IMG/VR virus record: IMGVR_UViG_3300048598_000574
Coordinates: 1 to 36,668 of that record
DNA from: a virus
Lineage: Duplodnaviria; Caudoviricetes
DNA length: 36,668 nt
Strand: one strand, 5' to 3'
This document shows positions 17,303 to 25,899 of the stretch, in pieces; the stretch's first letter is position 1, and the number at the start of each line of letters is the position of its first letter. The translations under genes were made by a program, and so were the position numbers. The notes under the pieces are model-generated. The model had not been told where the DNA came from. It worked only from the letters and a program-made list of their open reading frames with translations, and searched no databases.

Positions 17303-19099
17303 TTAAATGGTTTTGGTGGATTTTTGAACCGCTGGCGACGCACGTCCGATTCCGGTAATCAGCGCCGCAACGTGGATCATCAATTCGCAGTCAAACATGT
17401 GGTTGTCGCCACGACGCTTCCACACGTAGGACAGCCTACCTCTTCCGTCGCGATGCTCCTCGCGCCGCTCCGCGCTAACTTGCCGGAGGTAGTCCCGGCC
17501 TACCGTTTTGGGAATTGTCCAATCCCCAACCATGCCCATCATCAACTCGGCCAGCGCGTCCTTGATGGAATCGTTTGACCAAGTGAAAAGCGGGATTGGC
17601 TTCACGCGCCGGGCCTGCCGCGTTCCGAACATTGGATCAACGAACGTCCTCCGCCAATACCGCCGGATTGCTTTACCGTGTGCGTCCGTGGTGAGGAAGA
17701 ACTTTGCGTCATCACCCTTGAACGCCTTCCATCCAGTCGCCACGCAAAACCGATAGACCTGGCTGGCCTTATAGCCAGAGTCGATCATTGCGTTCAATAC
17801 GGGGACGTTGTTGGCCTTGCGAATCTCCTCAAGCTCAGCGGTGGTAGAGCATCGACCATAGGAGACGAGTCGAGATTTACCGCACATGCCAAACTCGCGA
17901 ATGACATACCAGTAATGTTCCCCGCCCTTTTCCTGACGGTCTGCCGCCATGAAGCGAGCGCGAGCCTCGGGCCATGCGTCCCCAAATTCGTATTCGTCCT
18001 TGCGAGCCTCAAGGAAGCCAAAGTCCTCAATCTCCCCAAGCCGATCCTCCCACGGCAATCCAAGAGTCTCGTTGTAAAACGTCCGTAGCGGCTCCAGGTC
18101 TCCAGCTTTAGCGGCAGCCTCGGCTGCTATTTTCTCCTCGATGATTGAGCGCCACTTAACCCACCACGGAAGCAACGCGTTCCATGTAAAGCTGACGTGG
18201 TTCTTTGGCGCGTTGGGGTTCATGCGAATGAACTTCCCATTGCGGCAAATCGCCTTGCGCTCTATGTGCGTGTCGCGTATGCCATGCTTGCACTTCTCGC
18301 ACTCATAGCGAATCGTCTCCGACAGCCTATCGAAATTCCAGTGCCCATCCGGCTTGGTGGTTTCGTTTTCGTCAAACTGGAGCTGTTCAACCCGCAATTG
18401 CTGGAGATGCCCGCACTTGGGGCACGGAAAATGAAACGTGCGTTGGTCGCCCTCTTTGAATGCTCGGTCAACCGGGTCGTCAATGTCTCCGGGCGTGGAT
18501 ATCACCAACACCTGAGCCAGCTCACCAAATGCGCGAACGCGCTTCAGAACCGTGTCATATGCTCCGGGTGGATAGTTGCGGACCTCATCCAGTTTCAGCC
18601 GCTTAATCGGCTTGCCTTGCAGCTTGGCCTTGCTGCCAGCGCCCACGAAATACATGGGCATGGTTCTGAACGTGAATTTTAGCTTTGTCTCTCGCAACAA
18701 CTGCTCTCGGGCCGGCTTGCAGTCGTGAAGCATCGGCGAAAACCTGTCGCGCACGAAATCTTGCGCGTCATCGCTGTTGGCTAGCACATACATCTCCGGG
18801 CCAGGGTCTTCGGAGATGTCCCAAAAGCACAGGTTGAGAATCGTCTGGGTCTTTGAAGATTGCGCGGAACACCGGACGGCGATGAAGTTTACTGACTTGT
18901 CGGCATAAACCTCCATCAACTCCTTGACCCACGTGGAATTGAACGACTTCCACTTGCCAGGCATCGGCGATGTCCGGTCAACCTCTACATGGTCCTCGCA
19001 CCACTCCCAAGGCTTTCGGATGTCCTGCGGCTTCCACGCCGCGCTAGCCGCAACAATAACCGTTCGCCACGCCACGAGCGTTGACTGCTCATTGCTCAT
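17303..19099 (-). CDS. terL: Terminase large subunit, GpA family
   Basis: SAQSSKT Walker A variant, LKLDEV Walker B, ISTP, CPKC..CEKC Zn motifs, FYNETLGLPW, IDSGY, NHMFDCE; GGGAGG RBS before ATG at 19099. Confidence 0.95.
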   Translation of the reverse strand: MSNEQSTLVAWRTVIVAASAAWKPQDIRKPWEWCEDHVEVDRTSPMPGKWKSFNSTWVKELMEVYADKSVNFIAVRCSAQSSKTQTILNLCFWDISEDPGPEMYVLANSDDAQDFVRDRFSPMLHDCKPAREQLLRETKLKFTFRTMPMYFVGAGSKAKLQGKPIKRLKLDEVRNYPPGAYDTVLKRVRAFGELAQVLVISTPGDIDDPVDRAFKEGDQRTFHFPCPKCGHLQQLRVEQLQFDENETTKPDGHWNFDRLSETIRYECEKCKHGIRDTHIERKAICRNGKFIRMNPNAPKNHVSFTWNALLPWWVKWRSIIEEKIAAEAAAKAGDLEPLRTFYNETLGLPWEDRLGEIEDFGFLEARKDEYEFGDAWPEARARFMAADRQEKGGEHYWYVIREFGMCGKSRLVSYGRCSTTAELEEIRKANNVPVLNAMIDSGYKASQVYRFCVATGWKAFKGDDAKFFLTTDAHGKAIRRYWRRTFVDPMFGTRQARRVKPIPLFTWSNDSIKDALAELMMGMVGDWTIPKTVGRDYLRQVSAERREEHRDGRGRLSYVWKRRGDNHMFDCELMIHVAALITGIGRASPAVQKSTKTI

Positions 19100-19787
19100 T
19101 GCTTCCTCCCATCGCGGGCTCTGGTGCCGACTCGAACTCCTCTTGATGGGCTTTCCCGATGGGATCTTGGTGGAGTTGCGCCATTGCGCCATGAAGCCAC
19201 TCAGAAAGCAGCTTCTCCGCTTCCGGTATGGTTAGACCAACAACCTGCGGCGCGAGCGATGAGGGACCGTTTAGAAGCAGCCGCTTGACGTTTAGCACCA
19301 TTGCGGCAACGGCCTTTTCCACGTCAATCTTGGCCACATACAACCCGCCCTTGATGTCGATGTCTTGCTGTAGCTTTTGGTTCTTTAGGAGGATATGCCG
19401 CGCCCGCTCCCGTGTGGCGTCAATATCTCCGGCATCCTCAATACCAGACACCCCGCGCAAGAACTCGCGCCACGCCGCAACATCGAGCCGCCCGTCAGGC
19501 TTAGCGCCAGGGTTTCCGGGCCGGGTTAGCCCGCGTTGGATTGTCTTCCGATTTACCCCCAAGATGTCAGCAAGCTCTGACTGGTTGCGGGCGAATGTGG
19601 ACGAAGCGCCGGCGGCACCGGACGCGATTGACTCCAGCAGCTTGCGGTCTGATACGGATAGAGGCTGCCCCTTGGCCACCCGCTGCACCAAAAGCCGATA
19701 GTTCGCCTTAAGCAGCTTTTCGGCCTGCTCTGGCGTTAGCGGAGGTTGACTATTTGGAGCTTGCTCGCCGCCCTGCTCTGCGTCCAT
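19089..19787 (-). CDS. terS: Terminase small subunit (Nu1-like)
   Basis: HTH NQSELADILGVNRKTIQR followed by a coiled coil; directly upstream of terL. Confidence 0.8.
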   Translation of the reverse strand: MDAEQGGEQAPNSQPPLTPEQAEKLLKANYRLLVQRVAKGQPLSVSDRKLLESIASGAAGASSTFARNQSELADILGVNRKTIQRGLTRPGNPGAKPDGRLDVAAWREFLRGVSGIEDAGDIDATRERARHILLKNQKLQQDIDIKGGLYVAKIDVEKAVAAMVLNVKRLLLNGPSSLAPQVVGLTIPEAEKLLSEWLHGAMAQLHQDPIGKAHQEEFESAPEPAMGGSNEQ

Positions 19788-19864
19788 GACTGACGCAAAG
19801 CGTTTTCAGCAACAAAAAAGGCCGACCGCAACAAGTGCAATCGGCCCAAGTGTTTGAGTGGGAT

Positions 19865-20083
19865 TTAATTGCTTTTCTTGCTGTCGTTTTCAGCCCCACG
19901 CATGAGCATAAACACTGTGGCTTTGGCCAAGTCTCCGGGACAGTTTCGCTCAATCTCCCAGTTTTGGTAGGTGCGTTTTGAAACGTGCAGAACTTCCGCC
20001 GCCTCAGCCTGTGAAATGCAAACGCGTTCCCGCCAGCTTTTCAGCTTTCTCGCGAAATCCGATTTGTCTTTTTGCGTGCCCAT
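19865..20083 (-). CDS. XRE-family HTH regulator
   Basis: LKSWRERVCISQAEAAEVLHVSKRTYQNWE. Confidence 0.85.
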   Translation of the reverse strand: MGTQKDKSDFARKLKSWRERVCISQAEAAEVLHVSKRTYQNWEIERNCPGDLAKATVFMLMRGAENDSKKSN

Positions 20084-20117
20084 ACCGCACCTTACCACAT
20101 CGCCAAACTGTGTCAAC

Positions 20118-21089
20118 TCACAACAATACAGCCCCATCCTCAACCCATCCATTCCACCACATACGAGTTGACGGGTTGGTGTACTGCAGGAATCGGAGCT
20201 TGTCTCCGGGTATGTTGCTGGAGTGGGCTAGAAAGGTCTCGCGGGCATAATCCTCCCACGCGTATTTATCGGCGCTGACATAGGCCAGCCGCTCGGACAA
20301 TTCACCGTGTCCAGCAACCTCCAGCGCCCGCACCGTCCGAGTCATTGACTCACCGCGCACATTTAGAGCCTCCCCCCAGACGTGCTCGCATCGATACGAT
20401 CTGATGGCGTGACACGCGGAGGTGGAGAACGCGTCCGAATCTGCGTATGGCAGACTTGGGCAAATCATGCCAAATGTGCGATGCCCGCTGTCTTGCAGCC
20501 AGTGAAGAGAGGCCAAGCGTTTGCTGACAAGCGGTGTCCCGGGCTCAACAGCCCGCCCGATAGCATCATCAATAGTTCCAGTTGAAACACCGTAAATGAT
20601 GCGGTTTTTCCATTGCTCCGGGATTCGCTTGGCGATTTCCGGCAGAAGATGCGACTTGCTCAACAGCCGGATTTGCCAATTCGTATTGTGAAGGATGATG
20701 AAGCAAGCCGCCGCAGTCTCCTTGGCTAGCTCCAGGTTTGCCGCCACGTCCACCAGCGGGCTGGCGAAAATGACGCGCCGGTCCTGAGGGTCGGAGAACT
20801 TGGGACGCCCGCGCCGGTCCACAAGCTGGGACTTTAACACGTCCAGCGCGTTGCGCCGCCGAATCACAATATCCTCATGCCTGCCATGCACTCCGGCCAT
20901 ACCCGGCAATTCTCGCAACTTGCGCATTAGGTCGGGCACATAACAGAATGTGCAGGAAAATGCGCACGCGGAGCCGAGCGAGAATGTAAGTCCATCGCAT
21001 AGCTTTTTGTGCTCAAACGCGCTCTTGAAGTTGACAACGGTTTTTGCCGGAACTTCAAACACCGGCTTATGGTTCATTTTGGTTCTCAT
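20118..21089 (-). CDS. Radical SAM protein, spore photoproduct lyase-like
   Basis: CxxxCxxC (CAFSCTFCY), LLSKS, GVSTGT, VEPGTP..SKRL as in SPL-like proteins. Confidence 0.85.
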   Translation of the reverse strand: MRTKMNHKPVFEVPAKTVVNFKSAFEHKKLCDGLTFSLGSACAFSCTFCYVPDLMRKLRELPGMAGVHGRHEDIVIRRRNALDVLKSQLVDRRGRPKFSDPQDRRVIFASPLVDVAANLELAKETAAACFIILHNTNWQIRLLSKSHLLPEIAKRIPEQWKNRIIYGVSTGTIDDAIGRAVEPGTPLVSKRLASLHWLQDSGHRTFGMICPSLPYADSDAFSTSACHAIRSYRCEHVWGEALNVRGESMTRTVRALEVAGHGELSERLAYVSADKYAWEDYARETFLAHSSNIPGDKLRFLQYTNPSTRMWWNGWVEDGAVLL

Positions 21090-21652
21090 TCGTGGTTCAG
21101 TAAAAAGTTGAAATATTGTGGAGTTGTGGACGGCTTAACCTTGAGCATGGTCTTTACTCTGCCAGTTGTGTAGGTGGCTTTAGCATCTCGAATCATTAGC
21201 CCCTCACCGCCGCGCTCAATTACACCGCCAAGGGTTGTGAGTAGGTCAGTCATGCCGCAACAGACCGAATTTCCTACCGCTCGTGCAAATGGGTTGCCCG
21301 CAAGAAGTCCGCCAGCGAACCCGATCCGGGTTATGTATCCGCCTTCAAGCGTTGGGGCGTCAAACACCACCAGCTCCAGCCCAAGCTTGCGCCAAGCCAG
21401 CTCGCCGCGAGTGTGGATATTGCTGATGCTGTCTCGGTTTCCATAGCCGGCGAACAGCTCGCAATCGAGAGCGAACGGCGGCAGATTGGCTGTGAACCAA
21501 TAAGGGGCTCTGTAGTCAACACCATCGCGAGACAATAAACGGCCCCCTGTCCACCGCGCAAAGTAGCCATCCATTTTTTCGGTCACCACCCAGCCTTGCG
21601 GGTTTCGCCCGTCGTAGTCGCTGCCGTGCATGATGGTGTTTTCGATTCTCAT
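21086..21652 (-). CDS. ATP-dependent ligase adenylation domain only (no OB fold)
   Basis: Motifs I EKMDG, III LDCELF, IIIa VFD, IV EGLMIR, V MLKVK; stops 15 aa after motif V. Confidence 0.85.
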   Translation of the reverse strand: MRIENTIMHGSDYDGRNPQGWVVTEKMDGYFARWTGGRLLSRDGVDYRAPYWFTANLPPFALDCELFAGYGNRDSISNIHTRGELAWRKLGLELVVFDAPTLEGGYITRIGFAGGLLAGNPFARAVGNSVCCGMTDLLTTLGGVIERGGEGLMIRDAKATYTTGRVKTMLKVKPSTTPQYFNFLLNHE

Positions 21653-21894
21653 AGATCCTTCATGTATGGGTATTTTATGAAGTCGGCGCGGTATCTCCTG
21701 AACTGCTCAGAGATTAGCTTTGCGACTTCACGCCGGCGCGACGCTGGCATTTCTTGGATTGCCTCACGGACATAACCTCCGTATTGCCTGGTCGGGTTCT
21801 TTGCCAGCATCTCGGCAAGGTTGCAAATACCCCACCACATTGGCCCGGCGTAAACTGACCTTAGGACAATAGCGCCCTTTTTAACACCACTCAC
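21649..21894 (-). CDS. Hypothetical protein
   Basis: GTG start with AGGAGG RBS; 4-nt overlaps with both neighbours. Confidence 0.55.
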   Translation of the reverse strand: MSGVKKGAIVLRSVYAGPMWWGICNLAEMLAKNPTRQYGGYVREAIQEMPASRRREVAKLISEQFRRYRADFIKYPYMKDL

Positions 21895-22121
21895 GCCACC
21901 CTCCTTTTGCACCACTTTGACAGGTCCGCATACCACGAGTGCAACCACTGGTTTGAGGCACACACGATCAATTCATCTGACTTCAGTTCCGCGAGTTTTG
22001 CTACTTTGCGAAACTCCGGCCAAGCTCTGGAAGATAGTGCGGAGACGGCGAAATCTGGATTCATGTCCATCACTTTGCAAAAACTGATGAACTGGTTGGG
22101 GGTTAGTCTTTTGGTTTTCAT
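21891..22121 (-). CDS. Hypothetical protein
   Basis: MKTKRLTP... 76 aa, coupled to the next gene. Confidence 0.5.
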   Translation of the reverse strand: MKTKRLTPNQFISFCKVMDMNPDFAVSALSSRAWPEFRKVAKLAELKSDELIVCASNQWLHSWYADLSKWCKRRVA

Positions 22122-22134
22122 GGCGTGAAGAGTT

Positions 22135-22160
22135 GCCCGCCACCCTTGCGAGTGGCGGGC
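22135..22160 (-). other. GC-rich hairpin with GCAA tetraloop
   Basis: Minus strand GCCCGCCACTC-GCAA-GGGTGGCGGGC, intergenic, no U-tract. Confidence 0.7.
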
Positions 22161-22173
22161 GTTGCTGGGTGGC

Positions 22174-23133
22174 TCAATTCCCGGCAAGAATCAAATCTTG
22201 CGCCACAGCGAAGGCGCGTTGCTTAATCTGAGCGCCACGGCCAGTCATCAGATACCCAAGATCGCCGTCCGTCTTTTCGTGGTCCACAAACTCCGTAACC
22301 GCGTTGTAGGCTCCCCACATCGACCCGCGAACCCCGCGCATATCGGCACCGCGACCAGTTTCGTGCATCTCCTCGATTTTGGCGATGGCGTTCTGAGCGA
22401 TGCGGGAGGACTCCTCATAGCTCCCTTCGTCGCCTACAATAACGCGGGTTGCGTATTTGCGAAGAGCATCGCCATTGATCTGGTGCTTCATGAATCCGGT
22501 AAAAACGGATTGCATCTCATCGAAGTAAATCCCAGCCTGCTTGAGCAGCTTTCCAGCAATCTCAAGCTTGCCCTGGACGTTTCCGATATGCTGAACGCGA
22601 ACCTCGCTCGACTTGTTAGCAAGCGCCGCGTTGAGCGTGTTCTGGCACACTACGCGAATAGGTGTGAACTTAGCGCGAACCGGCTCGTTGGTGTCGTGGC
22701 CGTTGGTGAGCAGTAGCCACTTGCCGATTAGGTCTTCGCGACCAACCGTGAACTCACCCGGCAGGCGAGCAAGAAGCCAAACCTTCTCGCCGCGACCCAG
22801 CACCCCAGCGACTTCATAGCGGGCTTTGTCTTTCCCGAAGACGCCATCAAAGAACCCAAAAGCATCGCGATTCTGGAGCGGCTGATAAAAGCCGGTAACC
22901 ACTCCGAGAACGTCCTTGGTATCCGTGCGGCGGAGCCCGTAGCGGTTAACCAGAGGCATGCCGTCCAGGGTCTGTAACCCAACCTTCTCAACCGTGAAAT
23001 CAAGCCCACCTTCGCGGAGCGCGGTTTGCGCATCGAAAGCATCGTCGATGTGCTGACCGAGTCGATGCCACGGGGTTTCTCCAGTAAAAGCGATGCTGTT
23101 CTTTCCGTTCCGGTTTTCGATGTTGTGAGCCAT
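22174..23133 (-). CDS. DUF932 family phage/plasmid-like protein
   Basis: MAHNIE...TPWHRLG, YQPLQNRDAF, TPIRVVCQNTL, WGAYNAVTEFVDH. Confidence 0.9.
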   Translation of the reverse strand: MAHNIENRNGKNSIAFTGETPWHRLGQHIDDAFDAQTALREGGLDFTVEKVGLQTLDGMPLVNRYGLRRTDTKDVLGVVTGFYQPLQNRDAFGFFDGVFGKDKARYEVAGVLGRGEKVWLLARLPGEFTVGREDLIGKWLLLTNGHDTNEPVRAKFTPIRVVCQNTLNAALANKSSEVRVQHIGNVQGKLEIAGKLLKQAGIYFDEMQSVFTGFMKHQINGDALRKYATRVIVGDEGSYEESSRIAQNAIAKIEEMHETGRGADMRGVRGSMWGAYNAVTEFVDHEKTDGDLGYLMTGRGAQIKQRAFAVAQDLILAGN

Positions 23134-23191
23134 ATTCTTTTCTTCGTTTTGTTCGGAGGTGGCCTTATTGCCGCCTCATCTTTACGTGATT

Positions 23192-23220
23192 ACTATACGC
23201 GATTCGCGTATCGCTTGCAA
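23192..23220 (-). promoter_or_regulatory. Sigma70-type promoter with palindromic operator
   Basis: TTGCAA-17 bp-TATAGT on the minus strand; perfect inverted repeat ATACGCGA-N-TCGCGTAT at 23195-23211. Confidence 0.8.
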
Positions 23221-23257
23221 CACGAAACAGGCCCACGTTGTTTCTTTTTAGCTTGTC

Positions 23258-23866
23258 TTATGTTGCGCTGTGTGCCGCTAATGCATCACGCTTAACAAGT
23301 CGCACTCCAATATAACGAGCATTCTTTTGCGGGAACGCCTCTTGAATATCAACCGGATCAAAGCCATTGCTTTCAGCGAACGCCAGCGCGTGAGGCAGGA
23401 TGGTGCCCGACAGCTTGACTCCTAACGTGTTTGGAATTTTGAGCCTGCGAAACCTGGCACCAGACAGATCAAGAATGGCGTGGTCGTAGTTTCCCCCAGC
23501 CGACCGCACCATGCCAATGGTTAGAAACACGGTAACGCTTCCGCTTGACGTTTGCACAAGGTTGATCCAGTGATTCCACGGCGAGCCGTAGGCGTCCAAG
23601 TCAACAACATTTTGCGCCCAGCCCGGTTGGGCCAAGATGCGCGAGCTGTCTATTTGCAACCTGCCCTTCTTTGGCTTCAGGTCAACGCCCCAGTAGGAGT
23701 GAATCGGAAACTCGGAGCGCAGCTTTCGCCACAACAGCCCCTCGCCCATAAAGCAATCCAGAACCCGAATCGGCACACCGTCCGAAACCATTTGCCGCAA
23801 GAAGTGCCGGCGCAATTCCAGCTTTGCTTCCGGGTTGTGATTATCCGTTATGGTCTGGCTCTTCAT
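23258..23866 (-). CDS. Divergent class I SAM-dependent methyltransferase-like protein
   Basis: VLDCFMGEG (motif I), GVD, VVDLDAYGSPW (cf. Trm1 IDLDPYGSP). Confidence 0.65.
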   Translation of the reverse strand: MKSQTITDNHNPEAKLELRRHFLRQMVSDGVPIRVLDCFMGEGLLWRKLRSEFPIHSYWGVDLKPKKGRLQIDSSRILAQPGWAQNVVDLDAYGSPWNHWINLVQTSSGSVTVFLTIGMVRSAGGNYDHAILDLSGARFRRLKIPNTLGVKLSGTILPHALAFAESNGFDPVDIQEAFPQKNARYIGVRLVKRDALAAHSAT

Positions 23867-24432
23867 TTGTCGGAAACACTGGTATCAACCTGGGCCGACT
23901 CATTCTCGGCGATCTTCTCAACGAGCTGATTAATCTCGCCGAACTTAACGGTTGGAATCGAAATCAATACATAGCTCATCTTCGGCGGCTTCTTGTATTC
24001 CAGCTTCTCAAGCTTGGCTGGCTCGTCCAAAGCCTCAAGAATGCCGGTCAGTTCAAGGTCGAAATCAACCTCATCCAGTTTCTTCAACAGCTCCTCAACC
24101 GCCCCGGTGTCACGGCCAGACATGGCCGCGATCTCGTTATCGGCCAGTAGGTGCGCCACCTCATCCTCATCATTGTCGAACTCCTGATAGTCAACCGGAA
24201 CGCAAGAGCAACCCAAGAGTCTTGCGGCTTCAAACGCGCCGTGGCCGGCTACAATGAACCCACTGCGCTTGGAAACAACTACAGCACGACGCCAGCCTTG
24301 ATGCTCGATTATCTTGGCGAGCAGTTTTATTTGCTGGCTCGGATGCTTGCGCGGGTTGCGCGGATGCGGGCTCAATTCATCAACTGCAACCAGCTTTGTA
24401 AACTCACACCGTATTTTGATGTTACTTTCCAT
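23863..24432 (-). CDS. ParB/Srx N-terminal domain protein
   Basis: LSPHPRNPRKH, IVAGHGAFEAA, LLADN; no fused methylase. Confidence 0.85.
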   Translation of the reverse strand: MESNIKIRCEFTKLVAVDELSPHPRNPRKHPSQQIKLLAKIIEHQGWRRAVVVSKRSGFIVAGHGAFEAARLLGCSCVPVDYQEFDNDEDEVAHLLADNEIAAMSGRDTGAVEELLKKLDEVDFDLELTGILEALDEPAKLEKLEYKKPPKMSYVLISIPTVKFGEINQLVEKIAENESAQVDTSVSDK

Positions 24433-24982
24433 AGGCGCTCATTAATTCGTGATACCGATTCAAAAACAGCTTCTCGGCTTTCTTGGCTGATATGGGCTTT
24501 ATGGCCACGTCTGACGGCAGGCAGCCAAGATCCCACCCGCGAGGCTCCTGCCCCATCAAGTCGCGCTTCTCCGTTGCGAGCGCAATCAAGTCCGCCTCCT
24601 TTACAGCCGGGGCCATGAGTTGCGGAACCCCGAACCTCTTCGCAATCCCCACCCAAACCCTATCCTCAAGATCCCGATAGGCAGCCATAGATCTCTTGAG
24701 CGGGCTTACCATATCGCCAACATACGCCTCCGTGGCATCGTGCAAGATGGCCTGAATTACACGCAGATCGCCAACCCCAACGGAGGACTCAACCAAGCGA
24801 CTTACAATCACCGAATGCTGAGCGACGGAGTAGAATTTAAGCGTGTGACCGTTGAATCGGCACAACTGAGAAAGCGCGTGCGCGATGTCCTCGATGCAAT
24901 ACTCGTGCTTTTCTGGCTCCGAGAATATGAATGCCTTGCCGGTGTAGGTTTGAATCCACGCCCCTTTTTGATTTGTGTTCAT
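24422..24982 (-). CDS. HD-domain phosphohydrolase (YfdR/5'-deoxynucleotidase-like)
   Basis: IEDIAHALSQLCRFNGH, YSVAQHS, LHDATEAYVGD. Confidence 0.9.
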   Translation of the reverse strand: MNTNQKGAWIQTYTGKAFIFSEPEKHEYCIEDIAHALSQLCRFNGHTLKFYSVAQHSVIVSRLVESSVGVGDLRVIQAILHDATEAYVGDMVSPLKRSMAAYRDLEDRVWVGIAKRFGVPQLMAPAVKEADLIALATEKRDLMGQEPRGWDLGCLPSDVAIKPISAKKAEKLFLNRYHELMSAYGK

Positions 24983-25179
24983 GCCTGGAATTGGTTGAGA
25001 AATTCTATCGCCTCCGGCGCATCGGCCAGCGCGACACTGTGAAAGTTTACGCAGTTGTCTGAGATGATTCCGCCATCCTGGAGCATGTTCATGGCCACCT
25101 CTTCGGTGAGGTTGCACTCTGCCGCCGACATGCGCAGTTCGGTTCTAGCCTCGGTTAGAGTCATGGTTTGAATTGCCAT
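24979..25179 (-). CDS. Hypothetical protein
   Basis: 66 aa, ATGA-coupled to the HD gene. Confidence 0.55.
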   Translation of the reverse strand: MAIQTMTLTEARTELRMSAAECNLTEEVAMNMLQDGGIISDNCVNFHSVALADAPEAIEFLNQFQA

Positions 25180-25327
25180 CGCGAAGAATCTTCAGCGTGA
25201 TGAAAACACCGAAAGCCACGATTGCTAACGACGTGGCTCCAACCACCCAACGCGGGCAGCCAGAGGACCACTTGCCAAGCGTGGTGATTGTGAACCAGAA
25301 AACCAGAGCGGCGGAAAAGTATCTCAT
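25145..25327 (-). CDS. Small membrane protein
   Basis: 60 aa with two hydrophobic segments. Confidence 0.45.
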   Translation of the reverse strand: MRYFSAALVFWFTITTLGKWSSGCPRWVVGATSLAIVAFGVFITLKILRDGNSNHDSNRG

Positions 25328-25545
25328 GGATGCTCGTGGGTGAACGACTCGTTGCACAACGCAGCGGTGGCATTCCTGACATGCCAATACGCATTGTCGT
25401 GGTCATCCGGCTTTCCACCCTCAAAGCAGCACGATGCCTTGAAAAGGTGAATCCTCGCTTGGCTTATGCGCTCTGAGCTAATCGGCACCTCCACTTTGTC
25501 CGATTTCGGAGGAGTTGCAACATCCGGTCTAGGCTTTTCAAACAT
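25324..25545 (-). CDS. Hypothetical protein
   Basis: MFEKPRP... fills the operon gap with an ATGA overlap. Confidence 0.45.
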   Translation of the reverse strand: MFEKPRPDVATPPKSDKVEVPISSERISQARIHLFKASCCFEGGKPDDHDNAYWHVRNATAALCNESFTHEHP

Positions 25546-25553
25546 AGTAATTT

Positions 25554-25895
25554 TTAATCGCGAACGTGTTCGAGTGGTGTGTTTGGCTCTTTGGCTTTTG
25601 GCCACTTTCGCTTTTTGTTTATTGCAAGCTTGGCGAAGCAAGCCTCGGCAAGTTGGTCGTAAGTAAACCCAGCCCGGCGGGCTGCATCGAAGATTAGTAT
25701 TTGACAGTCAGCAAACTCGGATAGGTCTGACGGGTCTTTTATTGCCTCCTCAACCTCTTTTGCCAGATGCTTCAGCGGGCCAATTGGGCCGCGCTCCTGT
25801 GTGGTTCCAAAAGTGGTTTCACTAAACCTGGCTTGCTCGCCCCAGAAGTGGTGAAGTTTTTTGCGATATAGTTCGCGGTCTAGTGTTTGCAGCAT
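25554..25895 (-). CDS. DUF550 / dATP-dGTP pyrophosphohydrolase-like (MazG-fold) protein
   Basis: FSETTFG...GPIGPLKHLAKEVEE...EFADCQILIFDAARRAG...KLAINKKRKWP. Confidence 0.85.
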   Translation of the reverse strand: MLQTLDRELYRKKLHHFWGEQARFSETTFGTTQERGPIGPLKHLAKEVEEAIKDPSDLSEFADCQILIFDAARRAGFTYDQLAEACFAKLAINKKRKWPKAKEPNTPLEHVRD

Positions 25896-25899
25896 ATCG

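Noticed and set aside
19750-19953. 67-aa Cys-rich ORF between the HTH gene and terS
   Set aside because: Overlaps both neighbours substantially and shows no recognisable family; cannot be supported
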